From NCBI GenBank assembly GCA_965235115.1, contig OZ249436.1, positions 38,690,001 through 38,754,000 on the forward strand: a DNA stretch of 64,000 nucleotides, written 5' to 3'. This stretch comes from Laetmonice hystrix. Its lineage: Eukaryota. A model generated the notes under the pieces. It did not search any database. It was not told the DNA's origin and saw only the letters and a program-made list of their open reading frames with translations. The position numbers were made by a program, and so were the translations under genes. Below are positions 26,858 to 40,491 of this stretch, one piece after another; within the stretch, counting starts at the first letter, position 1, and every line of letters begins with the position of its first letter.

Positions 26858-28318
26858 TTTTACGCAACTTTCACTTTCCATAGAAACCACACGATGTAGA
26901 TAGGTATAAAGTAATATGTTCTTAATGTAATGCAGTTAATCTCCATCAAATTATTCTAGAATTGGTGCCAAGTAAAGCTTTGCGACATATCAAAGATTTA
27001 AAACAGGAAACCAGTGCCCCTGTAGAAGTTCTGTAAACGGGCTGACCCGAATGGCTGTATCTTGCGCTATTTTCGCCTCACTGTAAACTTGTGGTGTGCG
27101 GGATGCCGACTGGGTGAGAAGTGGGCCAGCCGGGAGGCATGGCTTCCGTGTTGGCAGTGCGCATGAGTGAGTTGGGATCGTCCAATCCAAACACCTCTTA
27201 CAGCATGGCGCACCTGGCGAGCCTGCAAGGGGGATGCAGGCCTATAGCTTCCATATTGATACTTCAGAACGTGGAAAGTCCCGTGTGTGTACGTACTCTG
27301 CATACAATGATCGCAGTGGTTTAGTGACGTGTTTTTATAGACCTATTAGTTTTAAAAAAATCGATGTCATGCACAACGGAATGGCTACGTCTCGTGACGA
27401 CATAGCTGGACTCGCGGCAAACCGTGCACTCGTACTTTAATGTTGTCAAAAACTTGAAATGGTTGGCATGGGCAAATATGTCGTGCACTGTTTGAGGCAA
27501 AACTCCACAAAAATGGAATGATAAGTGATTTAAGCATGGAACACATCCTAAATAAATATCACGTTATAATGTGGTATGTAACTGTGAGACTTTATGGTCA
27601 TAATTACGGGAATATAGGCACTGGGTACAACTCGCCAAAGTGCATGCTGCACTGTTCCGTCACAATGCACAATTCGCATGATCTATTGGCAAATTAAGCA
27701 AACAATTGGTGGATAAGGTAAGCTCTAAATTTCTCCAATCGCTCTTCTTTGTTGTGTGGCCAGTAGCTACCGTCAACTGATCCTGACAGGGATCTCGAAC
27801 AAAAATCTCGCGCAAATATTTATGAACGTGCAGATCTATTACGTAATCTCGCCGATGGTGGCGCTGTGGTCACGCTATCAAATATTGGGCGAACAGCCAA
27901 TCGAACTGGAAGTAGCGCACGAGATTGTAACATTGTGTATTCCTGTTTTCACAAGGTGCAGAAAACATATAGAGACGTACGCTTTAAGGCGTCTTTGAAT
28001 TACGCTTTAATTGGCTTTTGGTGCCAGCAATAGATGTCTGACTCAACGGGAAAGTTCGACGCATGATAACAAAACTTTACTTGTCGAGACAAAAAACAAT
28101 CCTTTCATTAATTTTGTAAAAACGTAATTTCGCAAAATACTATCAAATCACCGGACTATCATGGTCACCACGCAGCTGCAGGTTTACCCAGATATAATAA
28201 AAGCTGATTTCGCGGTCCCTATAATGTTCCGCTGGTTTGTAGCCCGGTAGTCCAATGATTCACGTTTACGATGCCCTCGGTGGCCGATCCCAACCCTCAC
28301 CAGCCTCCCAACCCCATC

Positions 28319-28466
28319 CCACCGGTCCCGGTCCCCACCGGTCCGGTCCCGGTCCCCCACCGGTCCCGGTCCCCACCGGTCCGGTCCCCACCGGTCCCGG
28401 TCCCCACCGGTCCCGGTCCCCCACCGGTCCCGGTCCCCCACCGGTCCCGGTCCCCCACCGGTCCGT
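28319..28466. repeat. GC-rich 17-18 bp minisatellite
   Basis: (ccaccggtcccggtccc)n. Confidence 0.9.
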
Positions 28467-28512
28467 CCCTACCTGCCGTCTCTAACCGTCTCCGTATGGT
28501 GTATGTTTTCAG

Positions 28513-28605
28513 CCACATCCCTGGGTACGACAGGAATGACGCCGACTGGGATCCATGTGATGACGAGCGAGGCCAATGACTTAGTCAAGTCGGGATCTAT
28601 TGTAG
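28513..28605 (+). CDS. SUEL-CUB-CCP membrane protein, Thr-rich stalk exon
   Basis: TTTTCAG acceptor, GTAAGT donor, 93 nt, phase 1-1, open frame ATSLGTTGMTPTGIHVMTSEANDLVKSGSIV. Confidence 0.78.
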
Positions 28606-28826
28606 GTAAGTGGGACGTGGGCGGTGTGGATGGCAGGTAAAGACCTGTGCGAACTGTGCCTAGTGACGGGTCATAGGGGTAGTTTACCTCACATACCTGA
28701 CGATCAGTATACAGAAATATGTGAGGGGAGGTATAGAGAACTACCCACACGTCGGATGGTCAGCGCTCGAAACAAGATATCTGAATCTAGATCCCGCATC
28801 ATTGCCGTCGTTATCCCACATATTAA

Positions 28827-29157
28827 AGGTGCTATTTGTGGAAAAAAGTTCAATTTTTTTATTTTAAATTTTGTTGACGTTTATGTGATCATGGAAATAG
28901 ATTCACAACAAAGGAAATCAAAAATTTTCATGGATAACGGCACAAATGGGGCTCTCTCAGCAGGCCTGTGGAGACCCTGACACGCCCCACCATAGGAAAT
29001 GGCTCTATCTCGGTGCGCACCGAGATAGGTTTCAAATGCTGCACACAAACTAATAGAAGGTTTATCAGACCAATGGTATCGGTAGGAATTTTTTCTAGTA
29101 CTATGTGCACAATGTATGATAGGAGAAATGCCATTCTGAGCGAGACGAATAGCACCT
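28827..29157. mobile_element. Kolobok-like MITE with TTAA TSD
   Basis: TTAA|aggtgctatt ... aatagcacct|TTAA. Confidence 0.75.
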
Positions 29158-30114
29158 TTAAACAACAGCAGCAACATAAGTTTATTTAAAGTTACATCTC
29201 CCTATTCGCCTTAATGACATGAGACAAGACAAGAAAGCACTGTAGATTTGTTGTATTGTACTTTGTGATACGATGTAATGAGATATACGCATTTGGGTCT
29301 GCGGATATTATTTTATTTTATATTTATATTATTTTAACGCGACACCAATGGATGGAGAGGCATTTTCGAATTTAAAAAAAATCCTAACAAAGAGACACGG
29401 TGAGGTGTGATGTCCGAGTCGGATTCGTCTAATGATGGTCAACCTCTGGTATCGTCAGTGGTGTTCTCCCTGGAGGCGATTCCCTGTAGAGGGCGCTGCG
29501 CTCCAACTAAACCAGCCTAATTAGACCTTTACTTTGGTGACGGATTGAAGCGGTCGCCTTCGATTCCGCCCTCTGTGTTCACACAACGCTGCTGGAGTTG
29601 GCGCTATGCCATCACTGGCGGCAATTATCGGTACCATGGAACCCCCACATCCATGCCCTCCCCCGCTTACACCACCCCCACCCCCACACCCACACCCACA
29701 CCGCTTTATGCTGGCTCAGACTCGGCTGGCATTGAAACCATTCTAGAACGTCTGATGGGACAATGTCCAGGCATTTGTTTTATTATCAATACTGCATCAA
29801 TTATTGATCACACGCCCAATATAGACGGACGCGGCAATGAAAATGGCATCGCCCTAAGTCGCTTGCCTTGCGGCAATGTTAGCAAAGTGTTCTAAGCAGG
29901 ACCTATACTGCAGTTTCTGTAAAAAGAAGAGCTTCATGGCTACTACTAATTACCACACACAATTTCTGAGAGGTTTTTGCTGAGACGAGGAAAGGGCCAC
30001 CTTTGCTGCACTGGAGTTCCTACAAGAACGCGGTGTAAACTGGCCCGTTTTTTATTTATTTTTTATTGCAATACCTAGTTGAAAAATCAGTCCCGTTGTG
30101 CCGTGCCTATACAT

Positions 30115-30488
30115 GCCACCCCGTGGTTAAGGAGAAACCTGTAGCACGATCTTTGAGTTGATCTCCCCGGGCCATGAAGCCACCGTGGTTAAGGAGAAGC
30201 CTGTGGCACGATCTTTGAGTTGATCTCCCCAGGCCTGAAGCCATCGTGGTTAAGGAGAAAGCCTGTAGCACGATCTTTAAGTTAATCTCCCCAGGCCTGA
30301 AGCCATCGTGGTTAAGGAGAAGCCTGTAGCACGATCTTTGAGTTGATCTCCCCAGGCCTGAAGCCACCGTGGTTAAGGAGAAGCCTGTAGCACGATCTTT
30401 GAGTTGATCTCCCCAGGCCTGAAGCCACCGTGGTTAAGGAGAAACCTGTAGCACGATCTTTGAGTTGATCTCCCCGGGCCTGAAGCCA
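30115..30488. repeat. Tandem repeat of about 61 bp, 6 copies
   Basis: gccaccgtggttaaggagaagcctgtagcacgatctttgagttgatctccccaggcctgaa repeated. Confidence 0.95.
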
Positions 30489-32589
30489 TAGTACCAGGGT
30501 ATGATAGATGTCATGGTCTCAGTGGGGGTTAAATGGCCGGAGAGTTGGCCAAGCATACCGGTGATACAGTTCACACTTAGTGATGAGGAGTAATCAGTAG
30601 AGATAGACAGTGACCCTCTCACCCACCCCGCCCGACCTCTCCTCTCACCACGCCCACTGGGTGTTCCCGGGACCGTCACACGGGTCACCGGTCTCCGCCC
30701 CGGTGTGTGCGCTGCTCGTCGCCAACACCCGCGGCTTACCCGGCTGGGGAGCTCGGTGTGTTTCTTGGCACCGAGAGACTCGCGAGTACTGATTTGGAAG
30801 GCACGGGCGTGGGGACTTAGATTAAAAATATAAGTAGCCAACTTCGCTCAAATTATAAGCATTAGGTTTACTTTACCTTATAATATCGGCCCCTATAGCC
30901 CTCAAGTAATTATAGGCTTAACACATGGAACCAAAAAGGAGATTACACAGTATCATTTGAACAAAAATGTGAGGTGGTCTATTCGGTTGGGGTTTCTGTA
31001 ACCTAAGTAATGGTTTTGAGTAATTTATGGCAACAAAGGACGGGAGACAATATCCTTTACGTATTGCAGCATGGGTAACAGGTGCTAATTAATCGTCAGT
31101 GTAAAAACAGTATAGGTTTTAATGCCGTTGAGCACTGTTAATTGCATAATACTTTTATAATTCAACGTTTTCGAATTCAATGATATCATCAAAGTACGTT
31201 ATTACATAGGATAATCCCACTTTTCAATAGCGTGGTTTGCAGAAAATTGTTTGGAAATGACAGGTAAAAGCTGTAATAGTCGAAAGAATTGTATTCCCGT
31301 TTCAAGTGTACCCTATTGTATCGAGTCCCATTATTTTATTCGGGCTATTTATTCAAATGCTTTCAGTGATTATTTGCCCAGATTTTATAGACCTCGCCAC
31401 AATGTCAGGCACTTTTATACTGCCGCGGCTCATGGTCCATGAGCCACAGTTCCGGATGCAGGAAACGCTAAATAAGACATTTTGGGATAACCACTGGGTT
31501 CTTACCTATACAGTCAGTGCGTGAGAAATTACAGGGGGTTGTTCCCGAGGGCATAGTACAGATTGTGATCGACCTCACCCACACCCCCTTCCCCTTCATG
31601 CACCCCCTCAGTTACATCGATCACATAGAGACCCAGTTAGGACGGTCAGGTCGTTTCTGAAAACACAGAAGTCACATTGCGTCCGTGCGGCAAATAACAA
31701 AGTCAAACAAACGACAAGGCCCACTCCCCCGGAGGAATGTCATCCGAAATGTCCTCTATGGACGAGACGATCCACTCGCGTGATTCCAAATGATGCTCAT
31801 GTATAAAGAATCGCAATGCTCTTGACTTTCCGCAAGATTTTGTGTCCCTTTCAAAGCGTGATCAGTCCCTTGGTTCTGCTGGTTATTACCGTAAACAGAG
31901 CCTAGCCCTGAGGTCATCACGTTGCGTTTACGGCGCCCTTGCACGTGTGCAATTTTGATGTGAGCAGAATTGCGATATGTTGTTTGAGCGCGGTGGAATG
32001 ACGATAATTCGATACAAGTAGGGTAGGCTCGCACGCGACCCGCACTAGGTGCATCAGCTGGGCGGTGGATGCCGACGCCCCTGTCAAACCCGGCACGGCC
32101 CGGTCCCAGTCCCGGCCCCAGCCCCCGGCCCCCGGTCCGGCGGGACAAGGGGCCGCTAACGGTCCGCTGGGACGGCCTGAACGATCGCGTGTGGCTGACC
32201 GCGAGCTGTCATACAAGTTTGCCCTTGATTAGATTCCAGCCGACATCTCGCGGACAACCTTGTTAGGTCAGGGAACTTAACGGAAAGCTAGCGGCTTTCA
32301 ATAGATGAGTAATTCCTTGAGTGCGCAGGCCGTGCTGTTTGTTTGATACGTTTTGGTCTGTGCATACCTTGACGTGTGATAGAAATCAAGACCAAATACA
32401 GGCGGTTCCATTGGGTGTGAGACGATTTAGTCACCCTCGAAAAAAAACGCACCTTTTCCATAATATAACGGATGTCATGATGTTTGTGTTGTATTATTGG
32501 AAACGGTAAGATAAATTGATGAGATCAAGTTGGAAGTTAAAGGATGTATCTCACTACTCTAATACAACAATATCTCTTTATCTTTCCAG

Positions 32590-32665
32590 GGATCGCCCTT
32601 GGTGTGGTATCAGCCCTACTGCTTATCACACTGCTGCTAGTATTGTCTCTGTATCTTCATCGGAG
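32590..32665 (+). CDS. SUEL-CUB-CCP membrane protein, transmembrane exon
   Basis: TTTCCAG acceptor, GTAGGT donor, phase 1-2; GIALGVVSALLLITLLLVLSLYLHR then basic stop-transfer RRKK after splicing to 39654. Confidence 0.88.
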
Positions 32666-35062
32666 GTAGGTCAAAGGTCACACCTTACCAAACTAACGAG
32701 ACGTAGCTTTACTATAGATAATGTGTCACTCACTTACTAAGATTTTTATTTTCACGCCATGAAAATTTTGTATAGAGAAAAATGGTATTGTGCATTTTTA
32801 TTTGAAAGTTCGAATCCCTCCTATTTCTAGTTGTTTTCCTCACCATTAATTTTTTTAGAAGTATTCCTACGCGTAGATATAATAGTTTCCATTTGGACTG
32901 AGGAGAGGAAAAGTTGACCTCATCGTTTAGCGAGCCATTGCTAACCGTGTTGGCTTTGTATACAGAGACCAATCGTGTGACTTCTATAATAGACGCTTTG
33001 CTTTCACTACTCTGGCGCTTTATTCATGGTATTGATCCGCGAATCTTGGAGTGAATTATTGCTGAGAAATCTTAAGTTTTATCAAGTCTAAGTCTGTTTT
33101 ACCGTCGGCAGTTATAGTATTAAGTGGCCGTCCCCTAGCAACGAGTCAGAATGGGTAGGGTGGGTTAATAATGGACGTATATTCATTCAAAGTTCGTTCC
33201 CTAATTTTGTTGGTAAGGTGCGGTCTCTTTTCGTTAAGTAAATATTCATTTTACCATTATCAATTCCCTCCACCTCGCCTTGTGAAAGTGGTTCTTTCTG
33301 GCTTCGATAATTGTTCCAGTTGACCTTAAGTTGACCTTAAGTTTTCAACCGTCCACATTGTGGTGTTAATTTTGTGTACGTTAACACAACTTTCTCCTTC
33401 GTCCCCCCACGCCCGATTAGCTGCAAGGAGACTATCAGGTAGGGCACCGCGTGTTTTGTTTTAACTCACGACGTAGCACGTGTTTGGATGCATGAGCACA
33501 CCTTTAATAAGGCTTTTTTTCCTCCACTCTCGGTTTTTTGGGGTAATGCCGTCAGTCGGTTCTCGAGACGTTTTGCGACATAGTAGTCGTTTGTAAAGAT
33601 AGGCGTAAGTTTGGGAATGCATGGTGGCGGTCGTCACTGTTGTTTAGATCGAAGTTGAACTCATATAATTATTTTAGTGTTATATGAGCAGTGCTTCAAA
33701 CCATTATACAGTGTAGAGATATATGCCTTGTGTCCGCTTGGTAATATAGGAGACGGTATAGGGTATTTTCTTTAGTAGGTCTACTTCTTATTCCCGCTAT
33801 AGTTAGAGCAGTTCGTGTTATATAAAGGGCGTATCGGGTCACTTCCGGTGACGTCATTACAAGGGACGTAAGGAAAAGCCGTGATAGGAATACTGAAAGT
33901 GTTTGTGATATACGATAAAAACTTTGGGACAATATTTTTTCTACCGTATTCGCGACAAACCTTCAAATCTTACGCAGCAGAGAATTCAATCATTTTGTTA
34001 AGAAGTTTTAAAAGCCGTCCGATGCCGACCCTTCCCAAGTATTGCAGTCGAATTCCTCTAACAAACCTTACTTTGGAATGGCGCTGTGAATGTACCAATC
34101 TAACATGCTTCCTCACTAAACTGAACATGACGTAAGTATCGCGTCGAATACGTAACCCGTGATGGAGTTTGGCCTTATATAACCTGTGCATGTGACCTCC
34201 AGCGTGTCCACAGTTATAACAGCGATACATGGTGACAAAAATAACATTTTCAGATTTTCAAAAGGAAGCAATACATTGACGTGAAGATTTTTGCTGTGAA
34301 TGATTGCATTTTTTAAAATTCCTAATGAGTAACCGTTTCAAGAACCGTCTTCGAATTGTGCAACATAATGAAAATGCGATTTTTTTAATAAGCAGATCTA
34401 ATAATGCGGCACTTTCTACGAAACAGTAACTATTTCTAATAGGATTCCTGTATATATGTGTGACAGCCCAACTACCTTCACGAACATCGCGGCGTGCAGA
34501 TTTTGACCTGGAATTCAGGCACGAAAAAACAAGCGCGCACGTCGGCGTTCGTGTAAAAAGAAATCCGCAGTGTTTTTTCCCAGCCTGACTCAGTGAGACT
34601 CAGTATGAAGTGTATCTATAGCAGCAGTAAGATGATACAGAGAGGAGGATATATATGAGTCACAGGTGTACCAGGTATAGGCTCCACTAGGTCCCGAACC
34701 CTGGACTTTTTCGGGCCATCCTTCTGGGCTCTCTTTCTACTTGCGGTAGAAGAAAAGATCAATGGTTCCTCGCTAAGTCCTGTTGAGTCCCTGGGCATCA
34801 CCCGCCTATGTCGTCCTTGGGCTCCTTCCCAGATTGCGTTCCGTTCCCGTCCGCAGACCCTCTCCGGTTAAAAAAGATCGGCCGCGAGAACCAATCCTTT
34901 TTATGCTCTTGGTCCCTAGATTCTGTTCCATTCGGTAATATTTCCCGCCGTAGGTTCAGCCCAAGATTCCTTCCACTTGGCCAACTTGAAGACCGTTTTA
35001 CCAGGTGCAATTAAAATTTCCATCAATAAGACTCTTCTTATTTCCCTATTAGAAAGTTTCAC

Positions 35063-36362
35063 GCACCCGCAGTCCCATCCGCAAGATCCACCCGCAGTCC
35101 CGTCCGCAAGATCCACCCGCAGTCCCATCCGCAAGATCCACCCGCAGTCCCCATCCGCAAAATCCACCCGAAGTGGGGGGATCCAGGATTTTGATAAAAA
35201 AAAATTAGCCTCACTACGCTCGGCATGATTTCATTGTGATTATGGCCATTCTGGCCCCTTTTGGTCTATTTCAATGCTGCATGGCCCAGAGTTATGTTGC
35301 TCCTGAATGACTGAGGGCCCGATGTTACTATCACGTACAATAATTATAGGAGGCTTTTTTAAAAAGAATTTTGTTGGAATATTGATTTAAGGGTCCGAAT
35401 AATGCATCTTCTTAAAAAAAGTGGGCAAAGGAAAATTTAAAGGGGGCGGGCCCCTGAGCCCCCCTGGATCCCCCAGTGACCCGCAGTCCCCACCCACAAG
35501 ATCCACCCACAGTCCCCACCCACAAGATCCACCCACAGTCCCCATCCACAAGATCCACCCGCAGTCCCCATCTACACAGATCCAACCGCAGTCCCCATCT
35601 ACAAGATCCACCCGCAGTCCCCATCCACAAGATCCACCCGCAGTCCCCATCTACAGAGATCCACCCGCAGTCCCCATCCACAATATCCACCCGCAGTCCC
35701 CATCCGCAAGATGCACCCGCAGTCCCCATCCACAAGATCCACCCGCAGTCCCCATCCACAAGATCCACCCGCAGTCCCCATCTACAGAGATCCACCCGCA
35801 GTCCCCATCCACAAGATCCACCCGCAGTCCCCATCCGCAAGATGCACCCGCAGTCCCCATCAACAATATCCACCCGCATTCCCCATCCGCAAGATGCACC
35901 CGCAGTCCCCATCCACAAGATCCACCCGCAGTCCCCATCCGCAAGATCCACCCGCAGTCCCCATCCACAATATCCACCCGCAGTCCCCATCCGCAAGATG
36001 CACCCGCAGTCCCCATCCACAATATCCACCCGCAGTCCCCATCCGCAAGATGCACCCGCAGTCCCCATCCGCAAGATCCACCCGCAGTCCCCATCTACAG
36101 AGATCCACCCGCAGTCCCCATCCACAATATCCACCCGCAGTCCCCATCCGCAAGATGCACCCGCAGTCCCCATCCACAATATCCACCCGCAGTCCCCATC
36201 CGCAAGATGCACCCGCAGTCCCCATCCGCAAGATGCACCCGCAGTCCCCATCCACAAGATGCACCCGCAGTCCCCATCCGCAAGATCCACCCGTAGTCCC
36301 CATCCGCAAGTTCCATCCGCAGTATCCGTCAGTAAGTTGCACCCGCGATCACCATCCGCAAA
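35063..36362. repeat. 27-28 bp minisatellite, interrupted by a MITE
   Basis: (caagatccacccgcagtccccatccg)n-type unit; source of the long overlapping spurious ORFs. Confidence 0.95.
35171..35478. mobile_element. MITE with 5-bp TSD (hAT5-like) inside the minisatellite
   Basis: aagtggggggatccagg / cctggatcccccagtg termini; ACCCG duplicated (35166-35170, 35479-35483); removing it restores a repeat unit. Confidence 0.75.
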
Positions 36363-39300
36363 GTCAGTCCACAACCCAATAGCCCATAAAGCAGTATAGG
36401 CAGTGACTCAATGCAAATCTCAAACTAATTCCTTGTACATCTTACAAAAGTAATCACGTTTAAGCTACAGTCGGCTTGAATTGTTTCGGAATATTTGGAA
36501 CTAAGCTGGTGGTATTTGGCTAATATTGGCTTCTAAATCAGTGACTGGGCAGAACCAAGTTCCGTTTCGTTAGGATAAATCATAAGATGATGCGTATAAT
36601 AGCAACCCTTACTTCAGCTTATGCTGTCAACTTTTGACAATATGGGAAACATCGAAAGCTATAGACTGAGTTAGAAAGACTTAAACTGATGGGAGTCTTT
36701 CGAATTTTACATTTAATCTCGAATATTGAATATGAAGTTTTTGATATCTCTTCTCGTGGTTTCTGGTCGTTTATTTGACAAAATGTCAGTTGTGACCGCA
36801 GAGAATAAAGACAATTTTGAGGCATAATGTATGTGCTCCAAACACATGCTACATCGAAGTTTTACCATGATCTTGACATTTGTTGTACACTTCTGAACTT
36901 CACCTGGCTTCTGCTTGGACTTCTTTCTTCCTGCTTTCTCTGGGTCTGCAGGTATTGTAGTCATGCTGCCGTCCGGTGGATACGGTTAGTTCCCTTTATA
37001 ACATCCTCCAAGTGTGCCTCCACACCGCTTCTCTCTCTCGTCACGTTGGCTTTCGTGATCGCTGATAGTTTTGTTGTCACGTGTAGTAAAGCCTGATAAA
37101 CGGGAAACGGGCCACAGAAGGGGGAACGAATCGAAGATGGTCTCCGTCCGCTTCATAGACACTATTTGTGGCCAGATCCGCGGCTTTTAAACCCCTTTCT
37201 CAATCAGGAGGTCAGAGTGCGCCACCTAGCGGGAGCTGTGCCATTAACATGTTTCCATCAGTGACACATTATGGTCACACGTTGTGGTCACACGTTGTGG
37301 TCACACGTCGGGTTTATCATTCCCGTCTCAGAATCCCACTCACAAGTGGTATTTTATGCTGCGAGTCGGTGATGGTCCACGCTATTCTCACCAAATAACA
37401 GCCATTTCCAAAGAGTATCCACTGCCTTCTCGCATTGTGAAATCTCCTGGGCAGCACACATTGACCGGGCTAAACTCGGCATGGAACACTGAACAATGTA
37501 ATTGATATTTCACTGGTGTAACAATGTCGATGCCGGTGATGCCTCCACGTTGGACCTAGAAGTCGTCCTCCTGCTTGCGGACGGGTCGCCTCTCCATCTT
37601 TTGTCATTATCTGGTTGCCGCCTGCGTGCTTCGGCAAGTCGGACGCACAATCGGGCCTCTGTGAGCGCCATTCATTGCAGCTACCGCCTTCAATCCCGGT
37701 CCCAAATCCTAAGTGAGTTTAGCAAACCCCTGTCCATCTGTTTATTACCTTATCTTTACCGTGCCACGGTGATGTCTAATTGACCAACCAACGTACTGTC
37801 GGTGGATCACTGAAAGATTTCGCCTGGCTCCAACCGGATTCGGACAGTCTCCAGCGCTTCGCTCTCTTCCTCCTCGTATTGATGGTACTAGTAAAGTCGT
37901 GACGACAGACCGCCTCCTATAAAAAAAAACTGATCGCGAAGAAACTTCACCTTGTTATAGGGGGTTTTTAGTCACCACATCAGGCTTGTCTTAGAAAGAA
38001 ACCGGTGTTTCATAGATCCTCGCCTTGGCGGAAAAAAATGGGGAGAGAGGATAAAAACTAAAAGAAATGTTCCCGAAGTTATGTTTATAAATGCAAAGCA
38101 TGTCCTCGCTGGTCTGGGTATCTGGCTATCATCAAGCGTGCAGATAACCTCCGTTACCGCGAGCTGTATATAGGATGCTCTAAGTACATAAATGTCCAGG
38201 CCACCACTTCCTGGAATAACAGCATTCCATGTACACACGAGCACGTAGTGCGCGCTGACTGAGGCAAACTGGTCTGTGGACGTCAGGGCTGACGTAAAAA
38301 AAACCCGCTGAGTCAGGACCCACCACGACGACAACCGGACATAACGCGAGATTCGCGACTTGGGCGTGCTACCACACGTGCATGTCTTTACTGATAGGGT
38401 CTGCATTCGATAATCATAGTAATACATCTGTGTGGATTCTTGCTCCCCGGAGAAGGAAGTTATTCGTAGAATGTGAAGAGATGGTGTAGTCATGGCCACG
38501 GACAAGAAACACACTCAGGATATAGGGATCATTCTCCCTGTTCATGAAGTAAAAATATCTCACTGGGTATCTTCAGTTATATATGTTTACTGGCAGGTAT
38601 AGCTCATCATTCAAATTCTAGATGCTACTTTTGTCTGTCTTGGTCGTTATGCAATAATGTTAATAACGTACCTCGTCCAGTCTACTGTAGGATATTTCAT
38701 TTGATCATGCAGTGCCTAATGTTGTGTTTGTCGTTAGAAGACATATCGTGTCTGGTAAAAAGGAACCCCTGTCATCCCATCCGCCCCATCCCAGATGACC
38801 TCTCAGAGATGCGTACGTTCTGTCGTAGGCAGTCTGCATTTATACGTTATTACATATAATCAATGTTGCGTGCAGATAGGCGCATCTGCAAATGCAGTGT
38901 GTACTGAGTCTCGGTAGAAGGAGCTGCCAGAATCGTAGGCCTAGATAGTGCACACGTCATGTACCGCTGCGCATCAACTCGTCATCAAGGCATGCTTGGT
39001 AGATGATACTGCATGACATGTTATGTCTCGATTTTTAATTTATATATCACGTTTCTGAGACAGCATGTCCGAAAGGACGTCAAATACTAATTGAAAAGTT
39101 TACCTGTAAAGTTCGTTTGGCATCTCCCTTTAGCAATACCGATTAAATACTCCCGTTTGGTCTCTAAGAATTTTAAACTCGAGAACGATTCCCAGGATGT
39201 GTGATGTTGATGAGATTTCGTGCAGTTTTTGTTGTCTAAAAGGTTTGATAGTGCAACAAGAACAACGAGAGCTTTCTTTGCATTAGTTGTTGCGTTTCTC

Positions 39301-39653
39301 CCTGTTCCGACGCTAATAGCCTTGCCATCGGCACCTGACCGCAGGAAGATTAAATAAACAAGTAAATAAACCAAAATAATGCAAAAATAACTGATTTCGT
39401 TCCCTTTCATTGAGGTTTCCCTGCCTCTCAGTGACGTGACGTGACGTGACGTATTTGTGTGTGCGTCTTTCATATCGACAACTAGTTCATGTTATGATAC
39501 ACTTCTATTTGATTGGTTGAGAATTTCCCCCTTTTTGTACAGTCCTACTACAGTATACCGTACGATGTTTTGGCTCTCTACTAAGTGTTTCCTGGGCGTT
39601 ATTAAAGTAAAAAAAATACCTGCCTACAGTGGTTCCTCGTGCTTTCATTGCAG

Positions 39654-40491
39654 GCGCAAGAAGGCCGAGCGGAAGTTGGATCAGATGAGGGTCGTCTTCA
39701 ACAACTTGCAGGAGAATGCCATCAACGACGATAGCATCCAGCAAGTGATGGACGCCTCGCTCAACATCAGTAGCTCCTCCAACATCCGCAAGGGCAAGAG
39801 GGGCAAGAAGAACAAGAACTTCAAAGACGACGAGCTGCAGGGTCGTAACCTCCTGTCGCCGGCCTGTTACATCGACGACGACGATTACGACTCGCCCAAA
39901 GATATCATGTCGGACACGTACATGAAATACCCGATGATTGTCGACGACACTTACAAGAGTGTCAGTTCGCGCCGGGCTAGCAGGGTGGGCAAACACTCGC
40001 TGTGTCGGAGCAGGGACAGCTACCTTGACGGCGCCGACTCGGCCTACGAGTGGGACGAGTATGACGTACGAGACCGCGCCAGATCTCGCGGAAACGGACG
40101 TCCGAACCGCGCCAGATCTGGCATCTGGGACAACCGCAGCGTCGCCATGGCGGTGACCCCCAAAGTGCCAAAACGAGGTGGGCGTTTGGTTGAAAAGAAA
40201 CAATTTACGCAATCGGCGCCGGATATTTTGGAACTTTTGAAAGCGGCCGAGCGGGGGCTACCTCCGGGACAGTATGTTCAGTATCCCATAGAACAAGTTG
40301 TGACCCCTGAGAGGGAGAACCCATACTCGTGTACCCCCTCGGAGAGAGATGCCCGCATGATCAGGAGTTCGACCCTGGGAGCCGTACCGGGACATCGTAC
40401 AGTGCAGCCAAGGCCGAGGTCCAACTCACGCGGCAAACTAGGTGCTAACAGAAACTGTGAAACACCAATCTATTACCCGATTAGGTCTTAG
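39654..40491 (+). CDS. SUEL-CUB-CCP membrane protein, terminal exon (cytoplasmic tail)
   Basis: CATTGCAG acceptor in phase 2 matching the TM exon; long GC3-rich open frame RKKAERKLDQM...PIYYPIRS*. Confidence 0.88.

Noticed and set aside
27121..27324. Possible extra exon of the receptor gene
   Set aside because: No convincing acceptor and donor pair; the gene model is in frame without it.
30115..30488. Hammerhead ribozyme or retrozyme repeat (CTGAAG...GAAAC)
   Set aside because: The core reads CTGAAGC rather than CTGANGA, and the stems do not close.
35387..36399. Long ORFs of up to 320 aa in several frames
   Set aside because: They arise from a stop-poor 27-bp minisatellite inside an intron; no splice or domain support.
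36700..38520. Coding-like fragments on the minus strand within the last intron
   Set aside because: Could be decayed transposon genes, but I could not match any motif.
39505..40212. 235-aa minus-strand ORF
   Set aside because: Antisense shadow of the GC3-rich terminal exon.
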